Below, piece by piece: positions 44,376 to 54,700 of a stretch of DNA of 64,000 nucleotides. How positions within the stretch are numbered: the stretch's first letter is position 1; each line of letters starts with the position of its first letter. The notes below the pieces were generated by a model that saw only the letters and a list, made by a program, of their open reading frames with translations, did not search any database and was not told where the DNA came from. The translations under genes and the position numbers were made by a program. The stretch comes from a virus: IMG/VR virus record IMGVR_UViG_3300035070_003385, positions 96,001-160,000 of that record; one strand, 5' to 3'.

Positions 44376-45319
44376 TGAGCTGCGTTTATAAAGGAAAAGT
44401 AATAGAAACAGATTTGTCGAAAAATTCACAAGGCGGAACTGAAATGATGCGCAGTCGCCTCGTAAAAAATATAGATAAAACTTTACTTGAAAAATACGCT
44501 ATTCATTTATCAAGACCTCGCGAATTTCATGATGATGTAAAGAATATTCTTTGGTGCCACGATCTTGCCTTGGATCCTGAAAACAAAATTCTTAAAAACA
44601 ATGGTTGGGAAAAATTCGATCATTTTGTATTTGTTTCATATTGGCAAAGAGATCAATATATTTTAATTTACGGAATTCCTTATTCTAAATGCACAGTTAT
44701 TCAAAATGCTATTGAATTAGAATATTCGCCGGTTATGAAACAAACAGATCAAATTCGTTTAATATATCATACAACTCCACATAGGGGTCTTGAACTCGTG
44801 TATCCAATTGTAGATGCATTATCAAAACAATACGATAATATTCATTTAGACGTATATTCATCTTTTTCAATATACGGTTGGAAGCAAAGAGATAAACCGT
44901 TTAAAGAACTTTTTGATAAGATTAAAAATCACAGTCATATGACATATCATGGCTCTGTTAATAACAACGATATTCTTATGGCATTGAGTAAAAGTCATAT
45001 ATTTTTATTCCCTTCTATTTGGCAAGAAACATCGTGCATTGCTATGATTGAAGCTATACGCTCTGGTGTTTTAGTAATTCATCCTAGCTACGGCGCTCTT
45101 CAAGAAACTGCTGTTGATGCAACTGTGATGTACGAATATACTGAAATTGCAAATGATAATGCAAACATGGCTTTTTCCGTGACCAAAAATTTATTAGAAG
45201 CTCAAAAAGTTGAGCCGAATTTATTTAATACTATGACTTCGTCCGAGCGATTTGTGCTTCCTAAAAATAGTATAAATAATTTTACTAACTCTTGGAATAA
45301 CTTATTGAGGCATTTATAA
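44375..45319 (+). CDS. GT-B (GT4-like) glycosyltransferase
   Basis: GGTE, WCHD, YHTTPHRGL, PSIWQETSCIAMIEA, YGALQET. Confidence 0.82.
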   Translation: MSCVYKGKVIETDLSKNSQGGTEMMRSRLVKNIDKTLLEKYAIHLSRPREFHDDVKNILWCHDLALDPENKILKNNGWEKFDHFVFVSYWQRDQYILIYGIPYSKCTVIQNAIELEYSPVMKQTDQIRLIYHTTPHRGLELVYPIVDALSKQYDNIHLDVYSSFSIYGWKQRDKPFKELFDKIKNHSHMTYHGSVNNNDILMALSKSHIFLFPSIWQETSCIAMIEAIRSGVLVIHPSYGALQETAVDATVMYEYTEIANDNANMAFSVTKNLLEAQKVEPNLFNTMTSSERFVLPKNSINNFTNSWNNLLRHL

Positions 45320-45661
45320 TTGGGCGAGCTCATTTCCTTTCCAAAAATCAAATTGGATACACCACCACAATCAGCTGAAGAATTGGCTGAAAAACTAGCT
45401 GATTATAGAATTAGCTTTTCAACCGACGTTGCTGAACAATTGTGGAATTTAGTTCTTCTTGAAATGGTAAGATCTGGGTGTAAATTTGACGACAATATAG
45501 AAGAGTATTTTCCTTCGATTATACTTTTATTAGAAGCAATCAAATCACTACATCTGCATACTAATAAAATTCATCATACACTTCAAGATTTTGCAAAAGA
45601 TTTCGTTATTGAGGAAGATATGGATGAAGAATCTATTGACATTAACGATCTTTTAGATTAA
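45320..45661 (+). CDS. hypothetical protein
   Basis: TTG start; ORF track. Confidence 0.6.
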   Translation: MGELISFPKIKLDTPPQSAEELAEKLADYRISFSTDVAEQLWNLVLLEMVRSGCKFDDNIEEYFPSIILLLEAIKSLHLHTNKIHHTLQDFAKDFVIEEDMDEESIDINDLLD

Positions 45662-45664
45662 TAT
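45636..45664 (+). promoter_or_regulatory. sigma70-type promoter
   Basis: TTGACA-17bp-TAATAT upstream of rnh. Confidence 0.55.
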
Positions 45665-45702
45665 AGATCTGTACAATACAGATATGAAAGAAACAATATA
45701 AT

Positions 45703-46563
45703 ATGGCTATTTTAATTGACTTTAATCAAGTAATGTTGGCATCTTTATTTGCTAGCATTGGAAACCACCACAACATTGACGTTGATGAAAACCTTTTACG
45801 TCACATGTTCCTTAATTCTATTCGATCAAATCGAAAAAAGTTTCACGAAGAATTTGGTGAAATTGTAATTTGCGCTGACGGCCAAAAATCATGGAGGCGT
45901 GAAAGCTTTCCATACTACAAGGCAGCGCGTAAAAAAACCCGTGATGAGTCTGAATTAGATTGGAACCACCTGTTTGGTATCATAAACAACATTCGCTCTG
46001 AGCTAAAGGAATACTTTCCATATAAAGTAATTCACATTGACCATTGCGAAGCAGATGACGTAATTGGAACAGTACTACACAAATATGGAACCGAGCTAAA
46101 CATTGGAGCTGAGCAATTTCTTATTTTATCTGGCGACCATGATTTTAAACAATTGCACAAATATGCAAACGTAAAACAATACGATCCTGTTCGTAAGAAA
46201 TGGATTCAAAATTCCGATCCTGATAAATATTTACGAGAACATGTATTAAAAGGAGATGTTGGCGACGGAGTTCCAAATATTCTATCGGCTGATAACTGTA
46301 TAGTAATTGGCGATCGCCAAAAGCCAATGACAGCAAAAAGAATTGCAAACTTTACTGAAAATCCAGAATCAATGGATTCTCAAACAAAGGCTAGGTTTGA
46401 TCGTAATACTCTTATGATTGATCTTTCTAAAGTTCCGCAAAATTATCAAGATATAATTCTTTCTGAATATGCTATTGAAAAAGAATTTGGAAGATCTAAA
46501 CTATTTAACTATTTCGTACAAAAGAAACTAAAAAACTTAATTACTGACATACAGGATTTTTAA
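45703..46563 (+). CDS. rnh: T4 RNase H (5'-3' exonuclease)
   Basis: IDFNQV, WRRESFPYYKA.RK, EADDVI, SGDHDF, GDVGDGVPN. Confidence 0.93.
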   Translation: MAILIDFNQVMLASLFASIGNHHNIDVDENLLRHMFLNSIRSNRKKFHEEFGEIVICADGQKSWRRESFPYYKAARKKTRDESELDWNHLFGIINNIRSELKEYFPYKVIHIDHCEADDVIGTVLHKYGTELNIGAEQFLILSGDHDFKQLHKYANVKQYDPVRKKWIQNSDPDKYLREHVLKGDVGDGVPNILSADNCIVIGDRQKPMTAKRIANFTENPESMDSQTKARFDRNTLMIDLSKVPQNYQDIILSEYAIEKEFGRSKLFNYFVQKKLKNLITDIQDF

Positions 46564-47003
46564 TGTTATTATCATTATCTGAAATTATTAACAAGGCGTG
46601 CAAACTTGACTCAAAAGAGGAAAAAATAGCATGGCTTCAAAAAAATGACACCGTTCCTCTACGAACAATTCTTAAAAACACGTACGATAAAAGTGTTGAA
46701 TTTTTAATTCCTAGTGTTCCACCCCCTTGGAAAAAGAACGGGTATTTTGACGTTGAAGGAATGTTGTTTAAAGAAGCAAGGCGTTTGCGTATTTTTATAA
46801 AGGGTGGAGGCTATGATAACCTAAACCAAGTAAAAAGAGAAAACCTTTTTATCAGTTTGTTACAAGACGTTGACGATAAAGACGCAGATTTGTTATGTAA
46901 AATGATTGCCCAAAAACCAATTAAGGGATTGCCAAAGGCAGTTGTGATAGAAGCATTCCCGGGCCTAATTACAGCAATAGTAAAAGAGAAAGAAAATGGC
47001 TAA
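46563..47003 (+). CDS. conserved T4-like hypothetical protein
   Basis: EARRL, RENLFISLL motifs; follows rnh. Confidence 0.75.
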   Translation: MLLSLSEIINKACKLDSKEEKIAWLQKNDTVPLRTILKNTYDKSVEFLIPSVPPPWKKNGYFDVEGMLFKEARRLRIFIKGGGYDNLNQVKRENLFISLLQDVDDKDADLLCKMIAQKPIKGLPKAVVIEAFPGLITAIVKEKENG

Positions 47004-47154
47004 ATCGTTCAAAAAATTTAGAGAAGATTATGATGAATGGGACGATGATGATGAAAATTATGATCGTAAAAAGCAAAAAATGAATATCCAAAACCAGCGC
47101 CGTAAAAAAGCAAAGGAAAGATCTTCTATTTTCGACGAAAACGAAAAACCATAA
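46996..47154 (+). CDS. small charged protein (52 aa), capsid-targeting-like N-terminus
   Basis: Hand translation MAKSFKKFREDYDEWDDDDENYDRKKQK... Confidence 0.6.
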   Translation: MAKSFKKFREDYDEWDDDDENYDRKKQKMNIQNQRRKKAKERSSIFDENEKP

Positions 47155-47173
47155 TTCTTTTTCATATTAACTA

Positions 47174-47207
47174 TTGACATTTGAGTACAAATAGCGTATA
47201 TTGATTC
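47174..47207 (+). promoter_or_regulatory. early promoter cassette, GATTC directly after -10
   Basis: TTGACA-17bp-TATATT-GATTC. Confidence 0.8.
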
Positions 47208-47236
47208 TATAAGGTAAAACAAAAGGAATCAATACT

Positions 47237-47626
47237 ATGGGTACTTCATCAATGATCGGCTACTACAACGAAGACGGCTCAGTTACTGCAACGTACTGCC
47301 ATTACGATGGTTACCTTGCTTATAACGGCCGTCTTTTGGTTGAAAGCTACAACACCTCAGAAAAAGCAAAAGCTGTCGCCAACTCAGGTTACCTTTCAAG
47401 TCTCAAGTCTAACTTATATGAAAGTGTAGTTGAAGCAGTACATAACGAACTTGCTGTTGAATATGATTCTCCAAAGGTATTCTTGCAGTGTGGCGATAAC
47501 CACGCAGGTGCTGATTATCTTTACTTCTTTGATGGGGAGGCATGGCTTTATACAGACACGCATACTTCTTACTGGCACCGCCGCTGGGAAGAAGTTGAAA
47601 TGAATTTAAATGAGGTAACTGCATAA
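47237..47626 (+). CDS. hypothetical early protein
   Basis: YCHYDGY, DYLYFFDG motifs; AAGGA RBS. Confidence 0.75.
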   Translation: MGTSSMIGYYNEDGSVTATYCHYDGYLAYNGRLLVESYNTSEKAKAVANSGYLSSLKSNLYESVVEAVHNELAVEYDSPKVFLQCGDNHAGADYLYFFDGEAWLYTDTHTSYWHRRWEEVEMNLNEVTA

Positions 47627-47632
47627 TAACTA

Positions 47633-47661
47633 TTGACATTTGCTCGCGAATCAGATAGATT
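47633..47661 (+). promoter_or_regulatory. early promoter cassette with GAATC
   Basis: TTGACA-17bp-TAGATT; GAATC at 47648. Confidence 0.75.
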
Positions 47662-47689
47662 GTATATATCAAATGAAAAGGACTACATC

Positions 47690-48046
47690 ATGACTAAAGT
47701 AACAAAATTCGACAAACCAACTCTTCGCAATCTTCGTAACGAAATGCAAGCATTGCTTGATGCATATGGCGTCGAAACTAATTTGGAAATCTTAGTAGGA
47801 AACATGAGTTATTCAGACGCTGAAGTTAACATTAAAATCCAAGCAAAAGTAAAAGGTGCGGTTACTATGACTGATCGAATTCTTCAAATGGAGGCCGAAC
47901 GTCTTGGTTTAAAAATGGAAAATAAAGCAGGTGAAAAACTTGTATCGTATAAAACACGCGCTCAAAAATATTCATTCGTATATGAGTCTCGTGGAAAAAT
48001 GTATAAGACCGACGAACGTGGTATCGTAGCACGTTTCGCGGCATAA
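47690..48046 (+). CDS. hypothetical early protein
   Basis: ATG 47690 after AAGGA (MTKVTKFDK...). Confidence 0.7.
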   Translation: MTKVTKFDKPTLRNLRNEMQALLDAYGVETNLEILVGNMSYSDAEVNIKIQAKVKGAVTMTDRILQMEAERLGLKMENKAGEKLVSYKTRAQKYSFVYESRGKMYKTDERGIVARFAA

Positions 48047-48064
48047 GTTAAGAAAGACTATAAT

Positions 48065-48643
48065 ATGAAACTAAATGAAAAACTAATCCTCGTAGATTGT
48101 GATGGTGTATTGCTCGATTGGCAATATTCCTTTTATAAATGGATGGAAGCACGAGGTCATACTCCGCTTTCATATGAAGAATATGATATGGGTAAAGTAT
48201 TTAATATGCCTTATTCAGAAGCAAAGCAAATGTGCGAATACTTTAATACATCGGCCGCAATTGGATGGCTAACTCCATTCCGAGATGCTGTTAAATACGT
48301 ACGCAAACTTCACGAAGATCACGGCTATGTATTCCATTGCATTACATCTCTGTCTACTGATAAGTATGCAGGTAAACTTCGTACAAAAAATCTTGAAGCT
48401 ATTTTTGGCAAAAAGGTTTTTGAGGAAGTTATCTGCCTTGAATGCGGTGGAGATAAGGATGAAGCCCTTGAGCCTTACCGTGACACTGGCTGCTTCTGGG
48501 TTGAAGATAAGCCAGAGAACGCGGACCTTGGAATTAAACTTGGTCTAAACTCGATACTCATCGAACATGAACACAATAAAGATTATGTCGGTTTGGCACA
48601 AAAAGTTGCAAATTGGAAGGAAATTTACGAAATGATTGTATAA
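48065..48643 (+). CDS. HAD-superfamily 5'-(deoxy)nucleotidase (T4 gp30.2-like)
   Basis: LVDCDGVLLDW (DxDxV), ITSL, WVEDK. Confidence 0.85.
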   Translation: MKLNEKLILVDCDGVLLDWQYSFYKWMEARGHTPLSYEEYDMGKVFNMPYSEAKQMCEYFNTSAAIGWLTPFRDAVKYVRKLHEDHGYVFHCITSLSTDKYAGKLRTKNLEAIFGKKVFEEVICLECGGDKDEALEPYRDTGCFWVEDKPENADLGIKLGLNSILIEHEHNKDYVGLAQKVANWKEIYEMIV

Positions 48644-48646
48644 ATA
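48639..48646 (+). promoter_or_regulatory. T4-type late promoter
   Basis: TATAAATA overlapping previous stop. Confidence 0.5.
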
Positions 48647-48675
48647 AAGGTAATACAGATTAGTTATATTATGCT

Positions 48676-48710
48676 AAGGCGATTCTGTATGGATCGCCTT
48701 TTTATTTTTT
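48676..48710 (+). terminator. rho-independent terminator
   Basis: AAGGCGAT..ATCGCCTT then T-rich tract. Confidence 0.7.
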
Positions 48711-48723
48711 TAAAGGAGACTTA

Positions 48724-48957
48724 ATGCCTCATTATAGTTTTGAAGACAAAGAAACGAATGAACAATTTGATAAGATTATGAGTATGTCCGAACGCGAGAC
48801 ATATTTAATAGAAAACCCCACCGTAAAACAAATATTTAAGAGATTTCCGGGAATCGTTGACTCGGTACGCATTGGTGTCCGTAGACCCGATGATAATTTT
48901 CGTGATGTATTACAAAAAGCAAAAGTTCATAAAGATAACACAATAAACATACGATAG
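48724..48957 (+). CDS. FmdB-like small regulatory protein (Cys-less)
   Basis: MPHYSF..E.F...MSMSERE.Y..ENP; typical gene before phoH. Confidence 0.65.
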   Translation: MPHYSFEDKETNEQFDKIMSMSERETYLIENPTVKQIFKRFPGIVDSVRIGVRRPDDNFRDVLQKAKVHKDNTINIR

Positions 48958-48993
48958 GAAACGAAAAATTTTCCTCATTCGTAAGGAGGTTTC

Positions 48994-49746
48994 ATGGCAA
49001 CACAGCAGCGTAGATTATCTAAGAGAGAAAAGCGTAGACAAGAAAGAGAAATGGATCATATGGTCGGTATTTTAAATCAAAAGTTTTCAATGCGAAAGAT
49101 CAGCCCATTAACTCCAAAACAAAACGATTTATTTAGATCTTATAAACAAGGATATAATCTCGCAGCCATCGGAACAGCAGGTACAGGAAAAACAATGTGT
49201 GCTACATACTTGGCACTCAAAGATGTACTAGAGAAAGGAGAGTATGAAAAAATCGTCATAGTTAGATCTGCAGTTCAAACGCGCGAACAGGGATTTGTCC
49301 CAGGTACATTAGAACAAAAGGAAGCAATATTTGAAGCTCCTTATGTTGACATAGTCAACGATTTGTTTGGAAGAAAGGACGCTTATCAAATACTTAAAAT
49401 GAAAGGGATGATTAAATTTACAACTTCTTCGAATATCAGGGGTCTTACGTTTGATAACTCGGTTATAATTGTAGATGAATGCCAATCTATGAATTACCAC
49501 GAGCTTGATACTATTATTACGCGAGTTGGCGAATCGTCAAAAATTATTTTTTGCGGAGATACAGCGCAAGACGACTTAGCTGCTTCTAAAAATAAAGCTG
49601 ATAATTCAGGACTATACGACTTTTTAAAAGTTCTTAAACAAATTACATCCTTTAACGTTATAAATTTTGGAGTAGACGATATTGTTCGCTCTGGGCTTGT
49701 AAAAGAATATATAATTGCAAAAGAAAAAATATTAGAAGCTGCTTAA
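48994..49746 (+). CDS. phoH: PhoH-like ATPase
   Basis: GTAGTGKT, GFVPG, RGLTF, DECQ, GDTAQ, DIVRSGLVK. Confidence 0.93.
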   Translation: MATQQRRLSKREKRRQEREMDHMVGILNQKFSMRKISPLTPKQNDLFRSYKQGYNLAAIGTAGTGKTMCATYLALKDVLEKGEYEKIVIVRSAVQTREQGFVPGTLEQKEAIFEAPYVDIVNDLFGRKDAYQILKMKGMIKFTTSSNIRGLTFDNSVIIVDECQSMNYHELDTIITRVGESSKIIFCGDTAQDDLAASKNKADNSGLYDFLKVLKQITSFNVINFGVDDIVRSGLVKEYIIAKEKILEAA

Positions 49747-49753
49747 ATACTGA

Positions 49754-49792
49754 TTAGTGCCTCTTTATAAATATAAGTAAAAGAGGCACTAA
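49754..49792 (+). promoter_or_regulatory. 13-bp perfect inverted repeat enclosing a late promoter and occluding the downstream RBS
   Basis: TTAGTGCCTCTTT / AAAGAGGCACTAA; TATAAATA at 49766-49773. Confidence 0.8.
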
Positions 49793-49796
49793 CATT

Positions 49797-50099
49797 ATGA
49801 GCAAAGGAATTGTAAGAGATAGAATAGACCGTCATTATGGTCACGCGTCTCCTACTCCAAACCCATTCCACCAAACTCCATATAACTCAACGAAACAAGA
49901 AAAAGTTTTCGTTGAGACACGTAGGGCTATTGTCAAGGGTGATAAAACCGCCTGCGGAGATCCTGCCGTAGGCGCATCTACAAAGGTTTTTGCGCAAGGA
50001 ATTGGTGTGCATAGAAAGCTGGACACTACGGGCGGTCATGGATCTTGGCCTGCAAATGCCGCGAAAGGTGGTTCTGGTAAGGTATTTGCAGGTGGATAA
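49797..50099 (+). CDS. PAAR-like baseplate spike tip (gp5.4-like)
   Basis: GDKTACGD..GASTKVFAQG..HRKLD..GH..GSGKVFAG. Confidence 0.8.
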   Translation: MSKGIVRDRIDRHYGHASPTPNPFHQTPYNSTKQEKVFVETRRAIVKGDKTACGDPAVGASTKVFAQGIGVHRKLDTTGGHGSWPANAAKGGSGKVFAGG

Positions 50100-50102
50100 A
50101 TT

Positions 50103-50363
50103 ATGAGTACGAAACCAAATTATAGAAGTTTTCTTGCTCAAATCGCGGCAGAAACAGACCCTATTGAAAAACAGCGTTTGATTGAACTTACGTATCAATT
50201 TGTGTTTGACGATATTAATGAAGAAGATAAAATAGCCTTTTCGTATGTTAACGACGATTACGTAGTACCAAACCCAGGTTACCAACCTTACGGTCCTGAA
50301 ACAATGGGTCTCTTTGCTGCATACGTCGGGCTGTATTATAGTGACGAAGGAGAAACCACATAA
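50103..50363 (+). CDS. hypothetical virion-region protein
   Basis: YVNDDYVVPNPG; late operon. Confidence 0.6.
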   Translation: MSTKPNYRSFLAQIAAETDPIEKQRLIELTYQFVFDDINEEDKIAFSYVNDDYVVPNPGYQPYGPETMGLFAAYVGLYYSDEGETT

Positions 50364-51394
50364 TGGCTATAATATTACGCCGCGATAAAGGTTTTGCACT
50401 TACTTTTGATGAGTTAGACGATAACTTCGCTCAACTTTCTGGTGGATCTAGTTTAATTATCGCTAATACCGCTCCTTTAGAGCCAAGCGATGGCCAAATG
50501 TGGTTGGATACAGGTATCACTCAAAGAACCTTTGCATGGTCGGTTGAAGCTGGTGGTGTATGGCTTGACATTTCTCCTAGTAATAAAACAACAATATCAG
50601 AGACTGAACCTCTCGTAAAAAATACTGGAGACGGTTGGTTTGATACGTCAGCTGGTGGTGTAGGTTCTTTAGTATTATGGAATGGCACCTCTTGGGTTGA
50701 AGTAATTGGAACTGGTGGTAATAATGATGTAGCCATTGCTACTGTTCAAGAGATTACAGCATCAGGTACAATTGCTCTAGATAAAACAACAGGTGGTGCG
50801 TGGGTAAGGTTCCACGGTGCAACAGGTTCTGGTGGTGGTGCAGGTCTTTATACTTCGAATAACGGAAACTTTTACGCAGTAGCCTCCAGATCTGGTGCTG
50901 CAGGCGAAGCAGTGTTCTACGTTTCGGACGTATCGACACTCCAAGGTACATCTGTAACATTAGGTGCTGGTGGTGCAGCCCACTTGTTGGGTGTACCTAA
51001 TGGTAGTGCTAGAACGGATAGTGGTACAGAAGGTACTACTTCAAGTTGGACATTAGGTTCTGGCGCTATCGACATCACGCCAGGTACAGCAGGCGGGTCA
51101 GGTGTGGTAACAGCAATATCTAACGGATATCCTACACCTGCAAATGGTACAGATGGTACAGTAACAAACACATCCGGTATTACACTTGATCCTTCATACT
51201 CAGGTATGGCATCGGTTTATGAGGATAATGCCACAAACTACTTGATTGGAACCTCGAGGTTTATTGAACAGGGTGGAGGCCAGACCAGTGGTGGAGTGGG
51301 TTTAGCTACGGCAAGTAGCGAGTCCGCAGCGGCCATTGTTGTGGCATCTCCAGCTGGTTGGAATGGTGCTATCTACATCGTGTACGATAATTAG
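50363..51394 (+). CDS. Gly-rich tail fibre / fibre-associated protein
   Basis: IILRRDKG..LTFDELDDNF N-terminus; DGQMWLDT / GDGWFDT repeats; glycine-rich C-terminus. Confidence 0.65.
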   Translation: MAIILRRDKGFALTFDELDDNFAQLSGGSSLIIANTAPLEPSDGQMWLDTGITQRTFAWSVEAGGVWLDISPSNKTTISETEPLVKNTGDGWFDTSAGGVGSLVLWNGTSWVEVIGTGGNNDVAIATVQEITASGTIALDKTTGGAWVRFHGATGSGGGAGLYTSNNGNFYAVASRSGAAGEAVFYVSDVSTLQGTSVTLGAGGAAHLLGVPNGSARTDSGTEGTTSSWTLGSGAIDITPGTAGGSGVVTAISNGYPTPANGTDGTVTNTSGITLDPSYSGMASVYEDNATNYLIGTSRFIEQGGGQTSGGVGLATASSESAAAIVVASPAGWNGAIYIVYDN

Positions 51395-51405
51395 AGGATT
51401 AACAA

Positions 51406-51723
51406 ATGACTAAAATATTTGAAAAAGACGGGCGCCGCATTGTAGTAGCAGATGATGCCAACTTGGCTGATTGGCCTGGTTATGTTGAGGAAGGGTTAGC
51501 CGAAGAAGTTAGAACAGAACGTGATGCCCTCTTGTTAGCATCTGATGCAAATTGGGCAAAATGCACTTCAATACTTTGGGGCGGTGGAAGCTATGCAGCG
51601 TGGAAAAGCAATACATACTGCCAAGCTTGGGCAATTTATCGTCAAGCACTCAGAGATGTTACAATCCAAGCAGGTTTCCCCGAAACAATTGTTTGGCCAA
51701 CTAAACCAGGAGAAAATTTCTAA
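51406..51723 (+). CDS. tail fibre assembly chaperone-like protein
   Basis: [13 protein letters not shown]...[23 protein letters not shown]. Confidence 0.8.
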   Translation: MTKIFEKDGRRIVVADDANLADWPGYVEEGLAEEVRTERDALLLASDANWAKCTSILWGGGSYAAWKSNTYCQAWAIYRQALRDVTIQAGFPETIVWPTKPGENF

Positions 51724-54700
51724 TGGCTTTTCCAACATCACCATCAGATGGCGACACATATGTTGTTGGGTCTGTTACGTTTACTTATAACGCGGCAACC
51801 AACGTTTGGGTTAGATCAGGAAGCGGTTCTGTTGCAATACAAGGTACTCAAGGTACTACTGGCGAACAAGGTACTCAAGGTACTACTGGCGAACAAGGAA
51901 CGCAAGGCGCAATTGGAGCTGGTCTTCAAGGCGAACAAGGAACGCAAGGTAGTTTTGGCATTCAGGGCCAGGATGGGCGAGGCGAAACTGGCTTCCAAGG
52001 TTTACAAGGTATTACTGGCGAACAGGGTATTCAAGGCGAGCAAGGCGTCCAAGGTATTCAAGGTTGGCAAGGCGTTCAAGGTCTGCAAGGTACTATCGGT
52101 GAATTTGGTCTACAAGGTCTTCAAGGGCGACGTGGTATTCAGGGTATCCAAGGCTTTCAAGGAATCCAAGGACTTCAAGGAAACCAAGGTATTCAAGGTA
52201 TTCAGGGTATCCAAGGACTTCAAGGAAACCAAGGTGTCCAGGGGATGCAAGGTATTCAAGGTATTCAAGGTATCCAAGGACTTCAAGGAAACCAAGGTGT
52301 ACAAGGTACAGGCGGTTTAGGTGAGCAAGGTTTACAAGGCACTAATGGTGAGCAAGGCATTCAAGGTACTGCCGGGTACGGAAATCAAGGTTTACAAGGT
52401 ATTCAAGGCAACTTAGGATTCCAAGGTATTCAAGGTACTCAAGGCGCACAAGGTAACCAAGGTTTTCAAGGACCGCAGGGTATTCAAGGCGAACAGGGTG
52501 TACAGGGTGTTCAAGGCGACTTTGGATTCCAAGGTACAACTGGCGTAGGCTTTCAAGGGACGGTTGGACAACAAGGTATTCAAGGTATTCAAGGACTTCA
52601 AGGAAGTCAAGGTGTACAAGGTACTCAAGGCGTCCAAGGCATTATGGGAGAGCAAGGACTTCAAGGTTCTCAAGGACTCCAAGGTGCGTTCGGCCCTGCT
52701 TTAAATATTATTGGAGCAGTAGGCGATGTTAACGTAAATCCACCTAACAATCCAAACACATTATTAAATGCACAATTCCCGTCAGCTGGTGTTGGTGAAA
52801 CTGTTATTGACGAAGCGTCAAACGATTTGTGGGCATATACTGGCAATAATGTTTGGATAAATGTTGGTCCTGTAAGAGGGGTACAGGGTTTCCAAGGTAT
52901 GCAAGGTGTTCAAGGCGTACAAGGCGTGCAAGGTATGCAAGGTACCCAGGCTCCTCAAGGTATTCAAGGTAATTTGGGTACACAAGGATCCCAAGGTACT
53001 CAGGGTATTCAAGGCGTACAAGGTATTCAAGGTATCCAAGGTGTACAAGGTATACAGGGCGAGCAGGGTGTTCAAGGACTTCAAGGATCTCCTATACAAG
53101 GTATGCAAGGTCGTCAAGGTATCCAAGGTTTCGATGGCATCCAAGGTATTCAGGGCGAACAAGGTATTCAGGGTATTCAAGGCGAGCAAGGCGTACAAGG
53201 TGTACAAGGCATGCAGGGTATCCAAGGTACTCAAGGTATTCAAGGTGGAGGCGGACACCAAGGATTGCAAGGCAGCCAAGGCCTTCAAGGTATTCAGGGC
53301 ATTCAAGGCAAAACTGGTGATCCATTTAGAATAATAGGATCTATCGAAGACGTTAATGTTAACTTCCCGGCGCGCACTCCTGAAGAAATAATAAGAGAAG
53401 CATTCGGGCCGACACTCGATGGGCAACCTCCAACTGAAAGACCTTCTATAGCGGGCCCGGATCTTTCAGACGGTATTATTGATCGCCAGCTAAACGAATT
53501 TTGGTTGTGGGACGGTAATGAATGGATAAACACCGGAGACATAGTTGGTCCGCAGGGTATCCAAGGCACTGCCAATCAAGGCCGGCAAGGTATCCAAGGT
53601 ACTCAAGGTGTGCAAGGTATCCAAGGCCGTCAAGGTATCCAAGGTATACAGGGCGAGCAAGGTTTACAAGGTACTGCAATACAAGGATCGCAAGGTTTTC
53701 AAGGCATTATTGGAAATCGTGGATTTCAAGGTTTTCAAGGTATTCAAGGTATACAGGGTACTGCGATTCAAGGTACACAAGGTATGCAAGGTATCCAAGG
53801 TCGTCAAGGTATCCAAGGTAATACCGGTAACCCGTTTAGAATACTTGGGACCGTGGCAGACGTAAATCAGGCTCCAACATTTGATCCACAAGTAATATTA
53901 GAAACTGCGTTTGCAGATGCTGTTCCAGGTGATGCTGTTATAGATGAATTAACAAATGACTTGTGGACTTTTACTCCTGACGACGGTGGAGAATGGATAA
54001 ATGTAGGAAACATTGTTGGCCCACAGGGTATTCAAGGAATCCAAGGTATTCAAGGTATTCAAGGTATTCAGGGTGTGCAGGGTAATGCGGGCGAACAGGG
54101 TGTCCAAGGTATTCAAGGATCGTACGGCCGGCAGGGTATCCAAGGTACTGGAAATGAAGGTTCTCAAGGTGTCCAAGGTACAACTGGCGCGCAGGGTGTA
54201 CAAGGTTTACGTGGACCCGGCCAAGGTGTCCAAGGTATACAAGGTACTGCCACACAAGGTATACAAGGTATACAAGGTACTCGTGGCGTGCAAGGTAGAC
54301 AAGGTATTCAAGGACGCCAAGGTTTACAGGGCATTCAAGGTCGTCAAGGTATTCAAGGTTTACAAGGTAGCCAGGGTGTACAAGGTATTCAAGGTCTACA
54401 AGGTACTCAAGGTCGTCAGGGTATTCAGGGTATTCAGGGTATTCAAGGTGTGCAGGGTATCCAAGGTATTCAAGGTTTACAAGGTATCCAAGGTATTCAG
54501 GGTCGTCAGGGTATTCAGGGTATTCAAGGTATGCAAGGCCGCCAAGGCCGGCAAGGTATTCAAGGTCGTCAAGGTACACAGGGTACACAAGGTCGCCAAG
54601 GTACACAAGGTATCCAAGGTCGCCGAGGTGCACAAGGTATCCAAGGTCGCCAAGGTACTCGAGGTGCTACTGGATACCAAGGTATGCAAGGACGGAGAGG

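Noticed and set aside
48950-48993. Pho box upstream of phoH
   Set aside because: No CTGTCAT-like direct repeat with 11-bp spacing visible
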